Shown: in pieces, positions 17,764-27,136 of the stretch
Position numbering within the stretch: the first letter of the stretch is position 1
Layout of the letters: each line of letters begins with the position of its first letter
Assembly (NCBI GenBank): GCA_963665235.2
Contig: CAXXLX010000001.1
Location: 224,001 to 288,000, forward strand
DNA from: Candidatus Poribacteria bacterium
Lineage (GTDB): Bacteria; Poribacteria; WGA-4E; WGA-3G
DNA length: 64,000 nt
Reading direction: 5' to 3'
The notes under the pieces: generated by a model
Database searches by the model: none
The model's input: only the letters and a program-made list of their open reading frames with translations
Told to the model about the DNA's origin: nothing
Position numbers and translations under genes: made by a program

Positions 17764-18760
17764 ATGCAAGAGAAGCTTATCAAATCTACAGAACATTTTC
17801 AAGCTTTCAGGTATGTCTGAGTTTATAGTAAGAACGCTATTGTGTGTGTGCGTCTGCCACCTTTATGGTCTTTACAACCCGCAGATAGGGGATGCGTTGG
17901 GTGTGGTGAAAGGCAGTCTTTATCGCAGTCTTGGTGCCCTGAGCCTTTATTATGCGCGGCGTTTGTGTCTGCGTATCGGGTGTGTGATAGGTGCAGCTGC
18001 GATTAGATCGGTTGAAGGGCAGAGTGCCTCGACCCAATCTCGGCGGCGCATTACGGTAAGTGTGGATGATACCAATGTTCCCTGCGATGGGGAGCAGGTA
18101 TCCTACTGTGGTCGGTGGTGGTCTAAAAACACAATGGGTCTATCCGGTGCCAGAACGTGTTAGGTATCACGCTGAAAGTTGGGGAGCGTGTGTATCCGCT
18201 GCACCTATGTTTAGTGAGTAAGCGTGGGCGTGGCAACACAGATAAACCCTCTCTGGTTATAGCGATGCTCATGAGGTGCTATCGTGCCTGGATGCGGAAG
18301 GGATAGACCTGCGAAAGTATCCGATTACCTTTGATTCGTGGTATGGCAGCCGCAACATGGTTCAAACCTTATCGGAGTTAGGGTTTTGTTCTATACTGAT
18401 ACACGGAAAGAGCAATTATGTCATGCACATTGGCGATACAACTGCCAAACTTTCGGTGCATAAACAGAACATAGAACTGCTTGAAAATCAATGGGCGTGT
18501 GATAAACCTGTCTGTCGGGTAAAAGCAGAAAGTCCCACTTTTGGCAAATGTGTCGTCATCTTTTTTCAGGATAGCGGCAAGATACAAACACTTTTATGCT
18601 TTGGAAAACCGCTGCGTGCCTGTGAGGCACTGCGGATCTGGAAACAACATCATGGTATTGAGCAATTTTGGCGGTATTTGAAAACAGACCTGCGAGTTTC
18701 CGCCATGCGCCTCCGAAGCACACACGGGGCCTATACCACCCTCGGTGTAAAAGTGATAAG
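17764..18760 (+). pseudogene. Frameshifted, 3'-truncated DDE transposase (IS701/IS4-like)
   Basis: Fragments in several frames: SVDDTN, ITFDSWYGS and IWKQHHGIEQFWRYLK. The 3' end is replaced by the tandem array. A possible left end cagagctatcaag lies at 17617. Confidence 0.8.
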
Positions 18761-19095
18761 AAGTTTATGCTACAAGGAGAAAGCACAAACTGGAAGTTTA
18801 TGCTACAAGAAATGAAAGAGCGGAAGACAAACTGGAGGTTTATGCTACAAGGAGGCACAAACTGGAAGTTTATGCTACAAGGAGGCACAAACTGGAAGTT
18901 TATGCTACAAGAAAGAGCACAAACTGGAGGTTTATGCTACAAGGAGGCACAAACTGGAAGTTTATGCTACAAGGAGGCACAAACTGGAAGTTTATGCTAC
19001 AAGAAAGAGCACAAACTGGAGTTTATGCTACAAGGAGGCACAAACTGGAAGTTTATGCTACAAGAAAGAGCACAAACTGGAAGTTTATGCTACAA
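18761..19095 (-). repeat. Tandem array of 11 REP-like units (gcacaaac-tggaa-gtttatgc-tacaa), period mostly 30-32 bp
   Basis: 11 copies of tttatgctacaa with 4-6 nt linkers (one longer). The minus strand reads GTAG followed by a hairpin. Confidence 0.93.
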
Positions 19096-20398
19096 GTTTA
19101 TCCGCTTTTGCCTTTTCCTCATTGACAAATGCCAATAGAATTAACCCCCCGATAAAAAAGATTATCAAGGATATAATAGCCAATCGTGCTGTGCCCGTAA
19201 TCTGTCGGATTAATCCGAATGTGAAGGGGCCCAAGATAGCAGAAAACTTGCTAAAAACAGAATAGAATCCGTAAAACTCGGCACTTGCCTTCTCTGGAAT
19301 CATCGCGCCATAGAGGGAACGACTGAGGGATTGCGTTCCACCGAGTACGATACCCACAATCATGCCCAAAATGAAAAATTCGGTTGCAGAGTGGATAAAA
19401 TACGCATAGGTAACAACCCCACTCCAGAGGACTAACGCGAACATCACAGCGCGTTTGGTGCCCATTCTATTTGCGAGCCACCCGAATAGCATTGAGCCGC
19501 CTATAGCGACGACTTGCACCAGCAGGAGCGTCACCATCAAGTCTGTTGTTGAAAGTTCTAATTCCTCTTTTCCATAAATTGTCGCCATACTGGTAACTGT
19601 GTGGATGCCATCGTTGTAGACTATATAAGCAAGCATGAAAAGGGTGAGATGCTTGAAATGTCCTGCCTTTTTTGCGGTTGCAAGGGTCTGGCTGATGCCG
19701 AGGTACAGATATGCCAAGAGTTTGGGTTGATTGCGAAATTTTTCGGGAAGTTGCTGCTCAGCCCTACCCTCTTTCAGATATTTCAACGTCAATAGTGTCC
19801 AGCCTGCCCACCAAATTCCTGTCATCGCCATGGCGATGCGTACTGCTAATGCTTGGTCGTTAATGCCGAATTTCTCGTGCACAGCAACAAGTGCCAGGGA
19901 TATGCCAAATTGTATGGAGCCTCCGACATAACCGACTGCAAATCCCTTAGTGGAAACAGAATCGAGTTTGTCTTCAGAGGCGATTTGTGGTAAAAATGCG
20001 TCATAGAAGACATTCGCACCAATAAAGCAGACCTGCGTGCTAATATAAAGCAGGATTGTTAACCCGACATCGCCCGGTTGGCAAAAATAGAGCAGGGTTG
20101 CAAACAGGCTTCCGAGATAGGCGAAACACAACAGAAATCTTTTTTTCGCTGAAGAGAAGTCCGCAATTGCACCCAGCACGGGAGCGAGGAGAAAGACAAG
20201 CAGGGCTGCGCTTCCTACCATAAATCCCCACAGTGCTGTCGCGCTGAACGTTTGCCCGAAAAGGACAACACCGCCTTCGCCGACAATGCCTTCCTTGAAA
20301 TAGACAGGCAGCAATCCAACCCCGACAGTTGTGATGTAGGCTGAATTCGCCCAGTCGTACATATACCAACCGAAAATTGTGTTTTTGTCGTTTTTCAT
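19085..20398 (-). CDS. MFS transporter, UMF1/ATG22-like
   Basis: WYMYDWANSAY, LAPVLGAIAD, NVFYDAFLP, GGTQSLSRS and EFYGFY motifs. Start at MKNDK. Confidence 0.92.
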   Translation of the reverse strand: MKNDKNTIFGWYMYDWANSAYITTVGVGLLPVYFKEGIVGEGGVVLFGQTFSATALWGFMVGSAALLVFLLAPVLGAIADFSSAKKRFLLCFAYLGSLFATLLYFCQPGDVGLTILLYISTQVCFIGANVFYDAFLPQIASEDKLDSVSTKGFAVGYVGGSIQFGISLALVAVHEKFGINDQALAVRIAMAMTGIWWAGWTLLTLKYLKEGRAEQQLPEKFRNQPKLLAYLYLGISQTLATAKKAGHFKHLTLFMLAYIVYNDGIHTVTSMATIYGKEELELSTTDLMVTLLLVQVVAIGGSMLFGWLANRMGTKRAVMFALVLWSGVVTYAYFIHSATEFFILGMIVGIVLGGTQSLSRSLYGAMIPEKASAEFYGFYSVFSKFSAILGPFTFGLIRQITGTARLAIISLIIFFIGGLILLAFVNEEKAKADKLVA

Positions 20399-20552
20399 GC
20401 GTATCCTAAGATTGAGATTTCCTCTATATTTTCTCATATTTTGCGAAGAAAATCAACTAGAAAATTGATGCATAATTTCAGTAGATTCGGTATAATTTCA
20501 GTAGTATTTGTTTAAGGAAAAATTACCCCTTCGCGCTGTAGGAGAAAACCGA

Positions 20553-21671
20553 ATGAAAATTGTCGCAGTAAAAACCTATATGGTCGATGTGCCACCGCCA
20601 CACTGGGGCGGTAGACACTGGATTTTTGTCAAATTAGTGACCGATGATGGAATTGAAGGCGTGGGTGAGTGCACTTATCATACCCGCCTGAACCACGTCA
20701 TTATTGAATTAATCAAGGATTGGGGGGAACGTTATCTCATCGGGGCAGACCCGTTCCGGATTGAGAAAATTTGGTCAACGCTTTATGAGGGCCCGTGTGT
20801 GCGACATGCCGGGCCGCTTGTCACGCCAGCGATGAGTGCGATAGAGATGGCATGTTGGGACATTGTCGGAAAGGCGGTAGGTCAACCTATCTACAACCTT
20901 TTGGGTGGGACGTTTCATGAAAAATTGAGAGCCTATTCCTATCTCTTAGAGTGGCGGCACGGCGATTCTCCAGAAAAAACGGGGGAGCTTGCACTGGCTT
21001 ACGTTGAAAAAGGGTTTACCGCTGTTAAATTTGACCCTGTCCATCCACACACGGCGGATAGATTAGAGACACTCAATTACGCGGAGAGCGTTATCCGCGG
21101 GATTCGTGATGCCGTTGGCGATAGATGCGATATTCTTATCGGGACACACGGCCAATTCAATACGAACAGTGCTATCCGTTTTGCGAAACGGGTTGAACCC
21201 TACGACCCGCTTTGGTTTGAAGAGCCGCTGCCCCCCGAAAATATTAAGGAGATGGCACGCGTCGCACAAGCCACTAGCATTCCGATAGCTACCGGTGAGC
21301 GGTTGTTGACGAAATATGAGTTCGCTGACCTGCTGGAACAGCAGGCGGCTTCTATCTTACAGATGGACTTGACGATAACCGGGGGTATCCTTGAAGCGAA
21401 GAAGATTGCATCGATGGGAGAGGCACACTATGCACAAATTGCACCGCACCTATACGGCGGTCCCATCGGCGGTGCGGCGAATATACAATTGGATGTTTGT
21501 AGTCCAAATTTCCTGATTCAGGAGGGTATCCATACCTGGGATGGGTTTCACACAGACATTCTCAAGGAGCCGATTCAGTGGGAAAATGGTTACATTATTC
21601 CCTCGACAAAACCCGGGCTCGGCGTTGAATTGAACGATGCAGTCCTAGAAAAGCATGCTGTTGAGATATAA
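20553..21671 (+). CDS. Mandelate racemase/MLE family dehydratase (DgoD-like)
   Basis: SAIEMACWDIVGKA, AVKFDP, GTHGQF, WFEEP and IATGERL motifs. RBS aggag before ATG 20553. Confidence 0.9.
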   Translation: MKIVAVKTYMVDVPPPHWGGRHWIFVKLVTDDGIEGVGECTYHTRLNHVIIELIKDWGERYLIGADPFRIEKIWSTLYEGPCVRHAGPLVTPAMSAIEMACWDIVGKAVGQPIYNLLGGTFHEKLRAYSYLLEWRHGDSPEKTGELALAYVEKGFTAVKFDPVHPHTADRLETLNYAESVIRGIRDAVGDRCDILIGTHGQFNTNSAIRFAKRVEPYDPLWFEEPLPPENIKEMARVAQATSIPIATGERLLTKYEFADLLEQQAASILQMDLTITGGILEAKKIASMGEAHYAQIAPHLYGGPIGGAANIQLDVCSPNFLIQEGIHTWDGFHTDILKEPIQWENGYIIPSTKPGLGVELNDAVLEKHAVEI

Positions 21672-23013
21672 TAAATTGAAACGGAAACGACTTCACGCGG
21701 TAATCGCTTCAGTACTAATACATATCGTCTTTGCAGTCCTTGTCGGGCTCTTCTTAACGGAGCATTGGGCATTCAACGAGGATAAGATAGAGGTTGAGTT
21801 TGTCAAACGCCCGGCGGTTAGGGACATATTCCGGCCAACTCACAAGCCGGTACAACAACGGTATCGTACCACGCAAACAGCTGTGAACCCGTTGCAAACG
21901 CCGGTGACAGGTATGACACCGGTCACTCGCCAGCAAACGCAGGTGATTCGGCAACCGCAGCTCCGTACTTTTGAGCCTGACGCGCTAAATCCTGACGATG
22001 TGACAGTGCCAAGTGTAAAGGCGAATTCTGTTAGACCTGCTAACAACGTGAAAACTGACACTGCTATTGAGGTATCGCCTGTGCTGCCTACGCCTGTTCA
22101 GGTAAAGGTGCAGCCGAATGTCACGCGAAGTCAGCGAACAGATATCCCGAGTGCAGGGTTTTCGTCGTTTTTGGAGAGCACTTTACCCGGGGATACCTTA
22201 GGGAGGGAAGCTGGCGGCACATTGCAGAACCCTGTGATGCTGCCTAAGGGGAAGCTGGGGGCAATCCTAAAAGGCACGGGTAAAACGTTTCGTGGGCATG
22301 TTCGGGTCATCCGTCTGAAACATTCACTATCGGATTGGTGGCAAGATCCGACTGCTATTCCGGCACTCATGAAGTGGTTGGATGCCCATACAACTATTCG
22401 GGCAGATATGAACTTTGCAGGCGGGGCTTTACACCTAACCGATGCAAGAATTTTAGATGCACCGCTCCTTGTGATGACAGGTCACGATAAGGATATTACC
22501 GTCGGACGTGGGCTTGTGAAGGAGGGCCCACTGCGCGCTGAATTTTCACAAGCGGAACGGGACGCACTTCGGACGTATATCGTTGACAGGGGCGGTATGC
22601 TGTTTTTTGATGATTGCGGTTTCAACGGGCTGTTTGCGCATGTAGTCGCGGATGAACTCCGACAGATTTTTCCGGAGTATCCACTACAGATTTTACCGCA
22701 TGAACATGAAATTTACAGTATCTATTATACCCTGTCGAAACCGCCAATAGGGGGGGATGTGTTTTGGGGCAGCGAAAATAACCCGAAAGCGACGCAGTTC
22801 CGATACCAGAAAGGTATTAGCATCGGTAATCGGTTAGCGGTGGTTTACAATCGTAAAGATTATATGTGTGCGATGGAGACGACCGAGGTTGAAAGTCGAA
22901 CGTTGCTGCGCTTGCGCCGCTCCACGGATGTCTATCGCTTTATGACGAATTTGTTGATTTACACGTTAAAGTACGGGGGAAATACGGATAGGACAGACTG
23001 GACAGAGAAGTAG
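21655..23013 (+). CDS. DUF4159 domain protein with N-terminal TM anchor and Pro/Thr/Gln-rich linker
   Basis: ASVLIH TM; DWWQDP, MTGH, GGMLFFDDC and HEIY motifs. The start could be TTG 21676. Confidence 0.75.
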   Translation: MLLRYNKLKRKRLHAVIASVLIHIVFAVLVGLFLTEHWAFNEDKIEVEFVKRPAVRDIFRPTHKPVQQRYRTTQTAVNPLQTPVTGMTPVTRQQTQVIRQPQLRTFEPDALNPDDVTVPSVKANSVRPANNVKTDTAIEVSPVLPTPVQVKVQPNVTRSQRTDIPSAGFSSFLESTLPGDTLGREAGGTLQNPVMLPKGKLGAILKGTGKTFRGHVRVIRLKHSLSDWWQDPTAIPALMKWLDAHTTIRADMNFAGGALHLTDARILDAPLLVMTGHDKDITVGRGLVKEGPLRAEFSQAERDALRTYIVDRGGMLFFDDCGFNGLFAHVVADELRQIFPEYPLQILPHEHEIYSIYYTLSKPPIGGDVFWGSENNPKATQFRYQKGISIGNRLAVVYNRKDYMCAMETTEVESRTLLRLRRSTDVYRFMTNLLIYTLKYGGNTDRTDWTEK

Positions 23014-23022
23014 CCTAAAAAA

Positions 23023-23058
23023 AGAGTGGGCGTGGTATCCGATACCAACGCCCATCTA
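23023..23058. terminator. Hairpin between convergent genes (possible bidirectional terminator)
   Basis: tgggcgt-ggtatc-c-gatacc-a-acgccca, preceded by an A run. Confidence 0.6.
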
Positions 23059-23065
23059 TTCTGGG

Positions 23066-23296
23066 TTACGCAGTCGCTATAGCTGTGGTAATCTTTTCTG
23101 TCGTTGGAAATTCGCGGGTCTCTAGTTTAGAGTAAAGCAATTCTCCGTTTAAGTAAACTTCGAAAGCACCACCACTGCTAGGAACAAGTTTCACTTTTTC
23201 CACCTGACCACTATATTCCTTCTCTAAGGCTTCTGCCAAACTGGCTGCCCGTGGTTTATAGTTTCAGGATGTGCAGTACTCAATTCTTATATCCAT
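23066..23296 (-). CDS. SelT/SelW/SelH (Rdx family) selenoprotein, 76 aa, in-frame TGA read as Sec
   Basis: Manual translation: MDIRIEYCTS(U)NYKPRAASLAEALEKEYSGQVEKVKLVPSSGGAFEVYLNGELLYSKLETREFPTTEKITTAIATA*. It has the CxxU and GGAFEV...G-x-LL-x-SK motifs, RBS aggagg, and TGA at 23264-23266. Absent from the ORF track. Confidence 0.92.
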
Positions 23297-23586
23297 TTAG
23301 GCATCCTCCTAATCTTAAGAAGTATTGATATTTAATTTTACCAAAATTTTTTGGAAAATGCAAGTTTTTCTTTTTTTCTGGAGTGTGTAAAGTGTTGTCT
23401 GAATCGCGGAAAACACATGAGGACACAAGAACACGGAAAAAGAGGGTTTTTGATAACAGCTCCACATAGGAGGAGGTCGCGTGCACAGCACGCTCCTACA
23501 GAAGAGGTAGTGAGTAAAAAACACTGGCATCTTTAACGGATTCAGTCTATACTCTTTTAAACTTTACTCACAACGGAGGAGAACCG

Positions 23587-24339
23587 GTGCATATTCAACT
23601 ATCAGACAAAGTCGCCGTGATTACGGGGGCATCTACAGGTATCGGTGCGGCAACGGCTATTGCTTATGCGGCAGCGGGTGCAAAAGTTGTTCTTGGAGAT
23701 ATTAACGAAGTTGATGGCGAAAAAACAGCGCAGATAATTGTGGAAAACGGCGGGGTTGCTACATTCTGCCGGGCCGATGTTACAATTGAAGATGAAGTTG
23801 CACAACTGATACAAACGGCTGACACGGCGTACGGTCGACTTGACACGTTGGTGACTTCAGCAGGCATCTTACGCGGGCCGAGCGTTCGGATTGACGATTT
23901 TGAAGAGATAACCTTTGATTCTGTTATTGATGTTAACCTTAAAGGGACGTTTTTCGCACTGAAGCACGCTGTGCCGCTAATGGGCAGAAGCGGTGGGGGG
24001 GTTATCCTCTGTATTGCTTCAGGTGCGGGGGTTCGTGGGGGCAGCTCTTCGGTGGCTTATGCCGCTAGCAAGGGTGGTGTGAATGGGTTGGTGATGACGG
24101 TAGAAGGCCAGGTGGCTGGGCTTAATATCCGCATGCATACGATTTGTCCTGGCGGGCTTGCGACTCCGCTTAAATTAGGACAGATTGCAGAGTCCGCAAG
24201 GCGCGATGGACGTGACCCGGAGGCTGCTGTGGAAAATGCACGCGGGTCTCTCGGTGACCCGATGGGTGTTGCACGGGTGCTGACGTTCCTTGCCTCTGAT
24301 GAGGCGAATTACACACGGGGGCAAATCTTCACGCGGTAG
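23587..24339 (+). CDS. SDR family NAD(P)-dependent oxidoreductase
   Basis: TGASTGIG, VNLKG and YAASK motifs. RBS ggagga. Confidence 0.93.
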   Translation: MHIQLSDKVAVITGASTGIGAATAIAYAAAGAKVVLGDINEVDGEKTAQIIVENGGVATFCRADVTIEDEVAQLIQTADTAYGRLDTLVTSAGILRGPSVRIDDFEEITFDSVIDVNLKGTFFALKHAVPLMGRSGGGVILCIASGAGVRGGSSSVAYAASKGGVNGLVMTVEGQVAGLNIRMHTICPGGLATPLKLGQIAESARRDGRDPEAAVENARGSLGDPMGVARVLTFLASDEANYTRGQIFTR

Positions 24340-24344
24340 CTTAA

Positions 24345-24692
24345 TCACTCACAACTTGGGCTGAGCAGGTAATCGAAGTTGAGCCATAAACTTTTCGAAT
24401 AGCGGTAAAAAAAGATAGGAAATATACCGGAGACCACGCTCCATATCCCGAAATTAACGAGGAAAGGGAGTGCGGTCCAGGCTTCAAAAGCGAAGTAGCC
24501 GGGAAAAGCGACGAAAACCGTCGCGCCGTAATTGAGGTACATTGCCCCGAGGAAATATCCCTGCTCACGCTCGAACTTCAATTCACACGTTGGACAGTGT
24601 GAAAACATCCTAAAACGTGTTTGGAATAGAGCACCCTCGTTACACCGTGGGCACTTCAGCCTGAAAGCATTTATCAAAATGCGTCTTAGCAC
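24345..24692 (-). CDS. DUF983 family protein
   Basis: KCPRCNEGALF...CPTC...EREQGYFLGAMY followed by two TM helices. Start moved to GTG 24692 after aaagga. Confidence 0.8.
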   Translation of the reverse strand: MLRRILINAFRLKCPRCNEGALFQTRFRMFSHCPTCELKFEREQGYFLGAMYLNYGATVFVAFPGYFAFEAWTALPFLVNFGIWSVVSGIFPIFFYRYSKSLWLNFDYLLSPSCE

Positions 24693-24748
24693 GCCAAGTC
24701 CTTTCTTATTACGTGTGCGTTCTGCGGATAGCAAAAACAACCCGAGGT

Positions 24749-25390
24749 TTAGTAGGTGTTGTTATCCCAAAAGACTTTGAAGGTTCGTAGCAATATTTTA
24801 AAATCGTTCCATAGGGACAGATTTTCAATGTATTCCATGTCGACAGGAATACCTTCCCGGATGGAGCCACGGCGGTGCGGACTAAGCTGCCAGAGCCCTG
24901 TCATTCCAGGGCGTACAAGGTGTCTGCGATTTTCCCAATCTTCGTAGTGTTCCGCCAAGAAAGGCATCTCGGGACGTGGGCCAACGAGGCTCATTTCCCC
25001 CTTTAGCACATTGAATAGCTGCGGTAATTCGTCTAAGCTGGTTTTGCGAATCCATTTCCCCACAGAGGTGATGCGCACATCCTCAGTTGAATCCGGTTTC
25101 TCTGAGTAAGATGGCGTATCAATATGGAGGCTCCGAAACTTGTAAATCACAAACTGCTGATTATTTAATCCGACCCGTTTGTGTGTGAAAAGGACCGGCC
25201 CACGGGATGTCAGTTTAATCAGTAACGCTACGAGCCCCATCAGGGGTGCAAACAGAAGGATTAAGAAAAATGCTGCGATAAAATCGAACAGATGTTTGCC
25301 GTGCGTTGCGTAGAAAGAGGAGAGTCGTTCCACTAGAGTTCCTGCTGTTGTATTAGATAAGTAAGGGATGCTTGTTTTCTGTAAACTCAA
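24749..25390 (-). CDS. Sugar transferase (priming glycosyl-phosphotransferase, Bac_transf domain)
   Basis: [38 protein letters not shown] and RPGMTGLWQ motifs. Confidence 0.93.
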   Translation of the reverse strand: MSLQKTSIPYLSNTTAGTLVERLSSFYATHGKHLFDFIAAFFLILLFAPLMGLVALLIKLTSRGPVLFTHKRVGLNNQQFVIYKFRSLHIDTPSYSEKPDSTEDVRITSVGKWIRKTSLDELPQLFNVLKGEMSLVGPRPEMPFLAEHYEDWENRRHLVRPGMTGLWQLSPHRRGSIREGIPVDMEYIENLSLWNDFKILLRTFKVFWDNNTY

Positions 25391-25465
25391 ATTTTTAATA
25401 TTTCCTATCGGTTTGATACTGCGGGTATGGAAAACCTTCGGCGTGTTTGTCCCGCGCTACGGTAT

Positions 25466-26584
25466 TTAGCTCTTCTGGAGCTTCTCAAAAACCTCAAGAT
25501 ATTGTTGTGCGATGTGGTCCCAATTGAATCGGGCCCGAATCTGTTCTGGGGCGCGTCGTCGAAAATCCTCGGCTTTTTCCAGATTCTGTTCTAAGGCATT
25601 AATCTCGGCGGTGAGCGAATCAACGTTTTTGTCGAAGAGGATCCCGTACCGACCCCCCTCTAAGACTTCATCATTGAAGGGGGTATTCAGGGCAAGAATG
25701 CAGTTAGAAAAGCCCAACGCCTTCAAAATCGAAGGATTTATTCCGCCAAACTGATGTCCGTGAACATAGGCAAAACAGTGATGGTGAAGCTCTTTAATAT
25801 GGTCAGAATTGTCAATATGCCCGAGAAATTTTACGTTGGCATTAGCTGTTTGTTTCAATTTATCTAAAAATTCGTTCTCAAGCTTGTTGCCCTTGTAATC
25901 CGCTCCGCCGGCAATAGCGAGCTGCCTTTGCGTATTCGAAGCGACGAACGCCTCTAAGATAAGGTCTGCGTTATTATCTGGTACAAGTCGGCTTGCAATC
26001 AGATAGTAATCTCGGGGTTTAAGCCCATAAGTCTCGAGGACTTCCGGATTTTCCGACGGTTCGATGTTCGCGCCGTAAGCGATATAGGTGGTTTCGGCTC
26101 CTAATTCCTCAAGGTAGAGCCGCTTCATTTCAGAGGCATCTGTAATGACAATCGGAAATGCGGCTGTAGCCATCTTTGCTGCCCACTTGAAGTAGAGAGC
26201 CCCAATTCCTTTCCACTTCGGACGTAACCATTCCATTCCATCGACATTAATCACGGCGCGTTTGCCGGCGATGCGAAAAAACCAGCCGAATGGGCCGTTG
26301 CCCGCATTCCACGTCAAAATCACATCAGATGGACTAAATGTAGCGTGCAACGTCGCGAGGAAACTGTGAGTCAGGGTACTGAACATCTTATGCTCAATGC
26401 TAGGGAGATAGACTAACTTGATGCCTCTCCATTCAGGGGGGCGTTCCTTGAAAACTGCTTTCCGGCAGTAGACAATGACTTCATGGCCTGCTTCGACCCA
26501 GCGCGGGGCAAGTTCACCCATGATGGTTTCTAATCCACTGTAAGTAGCGGGAAGCCCCCGAATTCCCAATACACGAATTCTCAT
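25466..26584 (-). CDS. GT4 glycosyltransferase with DUF1972-like N-terminus
   Basis: GIRGLPATYSGLET, NVDGMEWLRPKW, RLVPDNN, YVHGHQFGGINPS and NTPFN motifs. Confidence 0.9.
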   Translation of the reverse strand: MRIRVLGIRGLPATYSGLETIMGELAPRWVEAGHEVIVYCRKAVFKERPPEWRGIKLVYLPSIEHKMFSTLTHSFLATLHATFSPSDVILTWNAGNGPFGWFFRIAGKRAVINVDGMEWLRPKWKGIGALYFKWAAKMATAAFPIVITDASEMKRLYLEELGAETTYIAYGANIEPSENPEVLETYGLKPRDYYLIASRLVPDNNADLILEAFVASNTQRQLAIAGGADYKGNKLENEFLDKLKQTANANVKFLGHIDNSDHIKELHHHCFAYVHGHQFGGINPSILKALGFSNCILALNTPFNDEVLEGGRYGILFDKNVDSLTAEINALEQNLEKAEDFRRRAPEQIRARFNWDHIAQQYLEVFEKLQKS

Positions 26585-26730
26585 TTTTGATATTTCCTTG
26601 CGGTTTGGTAAGGACAGATTTACCGAAAATGTCCCTCGCCACATAGCCAGCCCGGCACGTTGCTTGGGCTTACACTTCCGTTTAATACTACGTGAGTTTG
26701 ATAATAAATGTCCGCTGGTTTCCCTAACCT

Positions 26731-27024
26731 CTATAAATATATCGTCCCTACGGGACTTAGCGTTAGACCGTGAACGGCTGCTTCTATAAACATATCGTCC
26801 CTACGGGACTTAGCGTTGAACCGTGAACGGCTGCTTCTATAAACATATCGTCCCTACGGGACTTAGCGTTGAACCGTGAACGGCTGCTTCTATAAACATA
26901 TCGTCCCTACGGGACTTAGCGTTGAACCGTGAACGGCTGCTTCTATAAATATATCGTCCCTACGGGACCGTTGAACCGTGAACGGCTGCTTCTATAAATA
27001 TATCGTCCCTACGGGACTTAGCGT
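26731..27024. repeat. 53-bp tandem array, 6 copies of the ctataaaYatatcgtccctacgggac REP-like hairpin
   Basis: Units start at 26731, 26784, 26837, 26890, 26943 and 26992. A type A MITE left end precedes the array at 26690. Confidence 0.93.
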
Positions 27025-27136
27025 TTAAACCGGTATAATGTCTATTAACTATTAATTCCAAAATCTAATTGCTTTGATGTTTGAAGCCGGATAAATCTTC
27101 ATTTTTTTTTAGAAGATTTTCGCTATCAACGCTAAT

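Noticed and set aside
18761-19095. CRISPR array
   Set aside because: Linkers are mostly 4-6 nt and repeated, there are no unique spacers, and no cas genes are present.
18556-19138. Repetitive ORFs (TNWKFMLQ / AQTGSLCYK peptides)
   Set aside because: These are translations of the REP array in shifting frames; the unit lengths are not consistently multiples of three.
23280-23536. ORFs 23280-23486, 23315-23530 and 23351-23536
   Set aside because: They cover a promoter and a composite repeat. The real gene here is the selenoprotein at 23066-23296.
26731-27024. CRISPR array (palindromic repeat plus spacer)
   Set aside because: The spacers are near-identical to one another, so this is a tandem repeat. 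The same hairpin occurs dispersed elsewhere.
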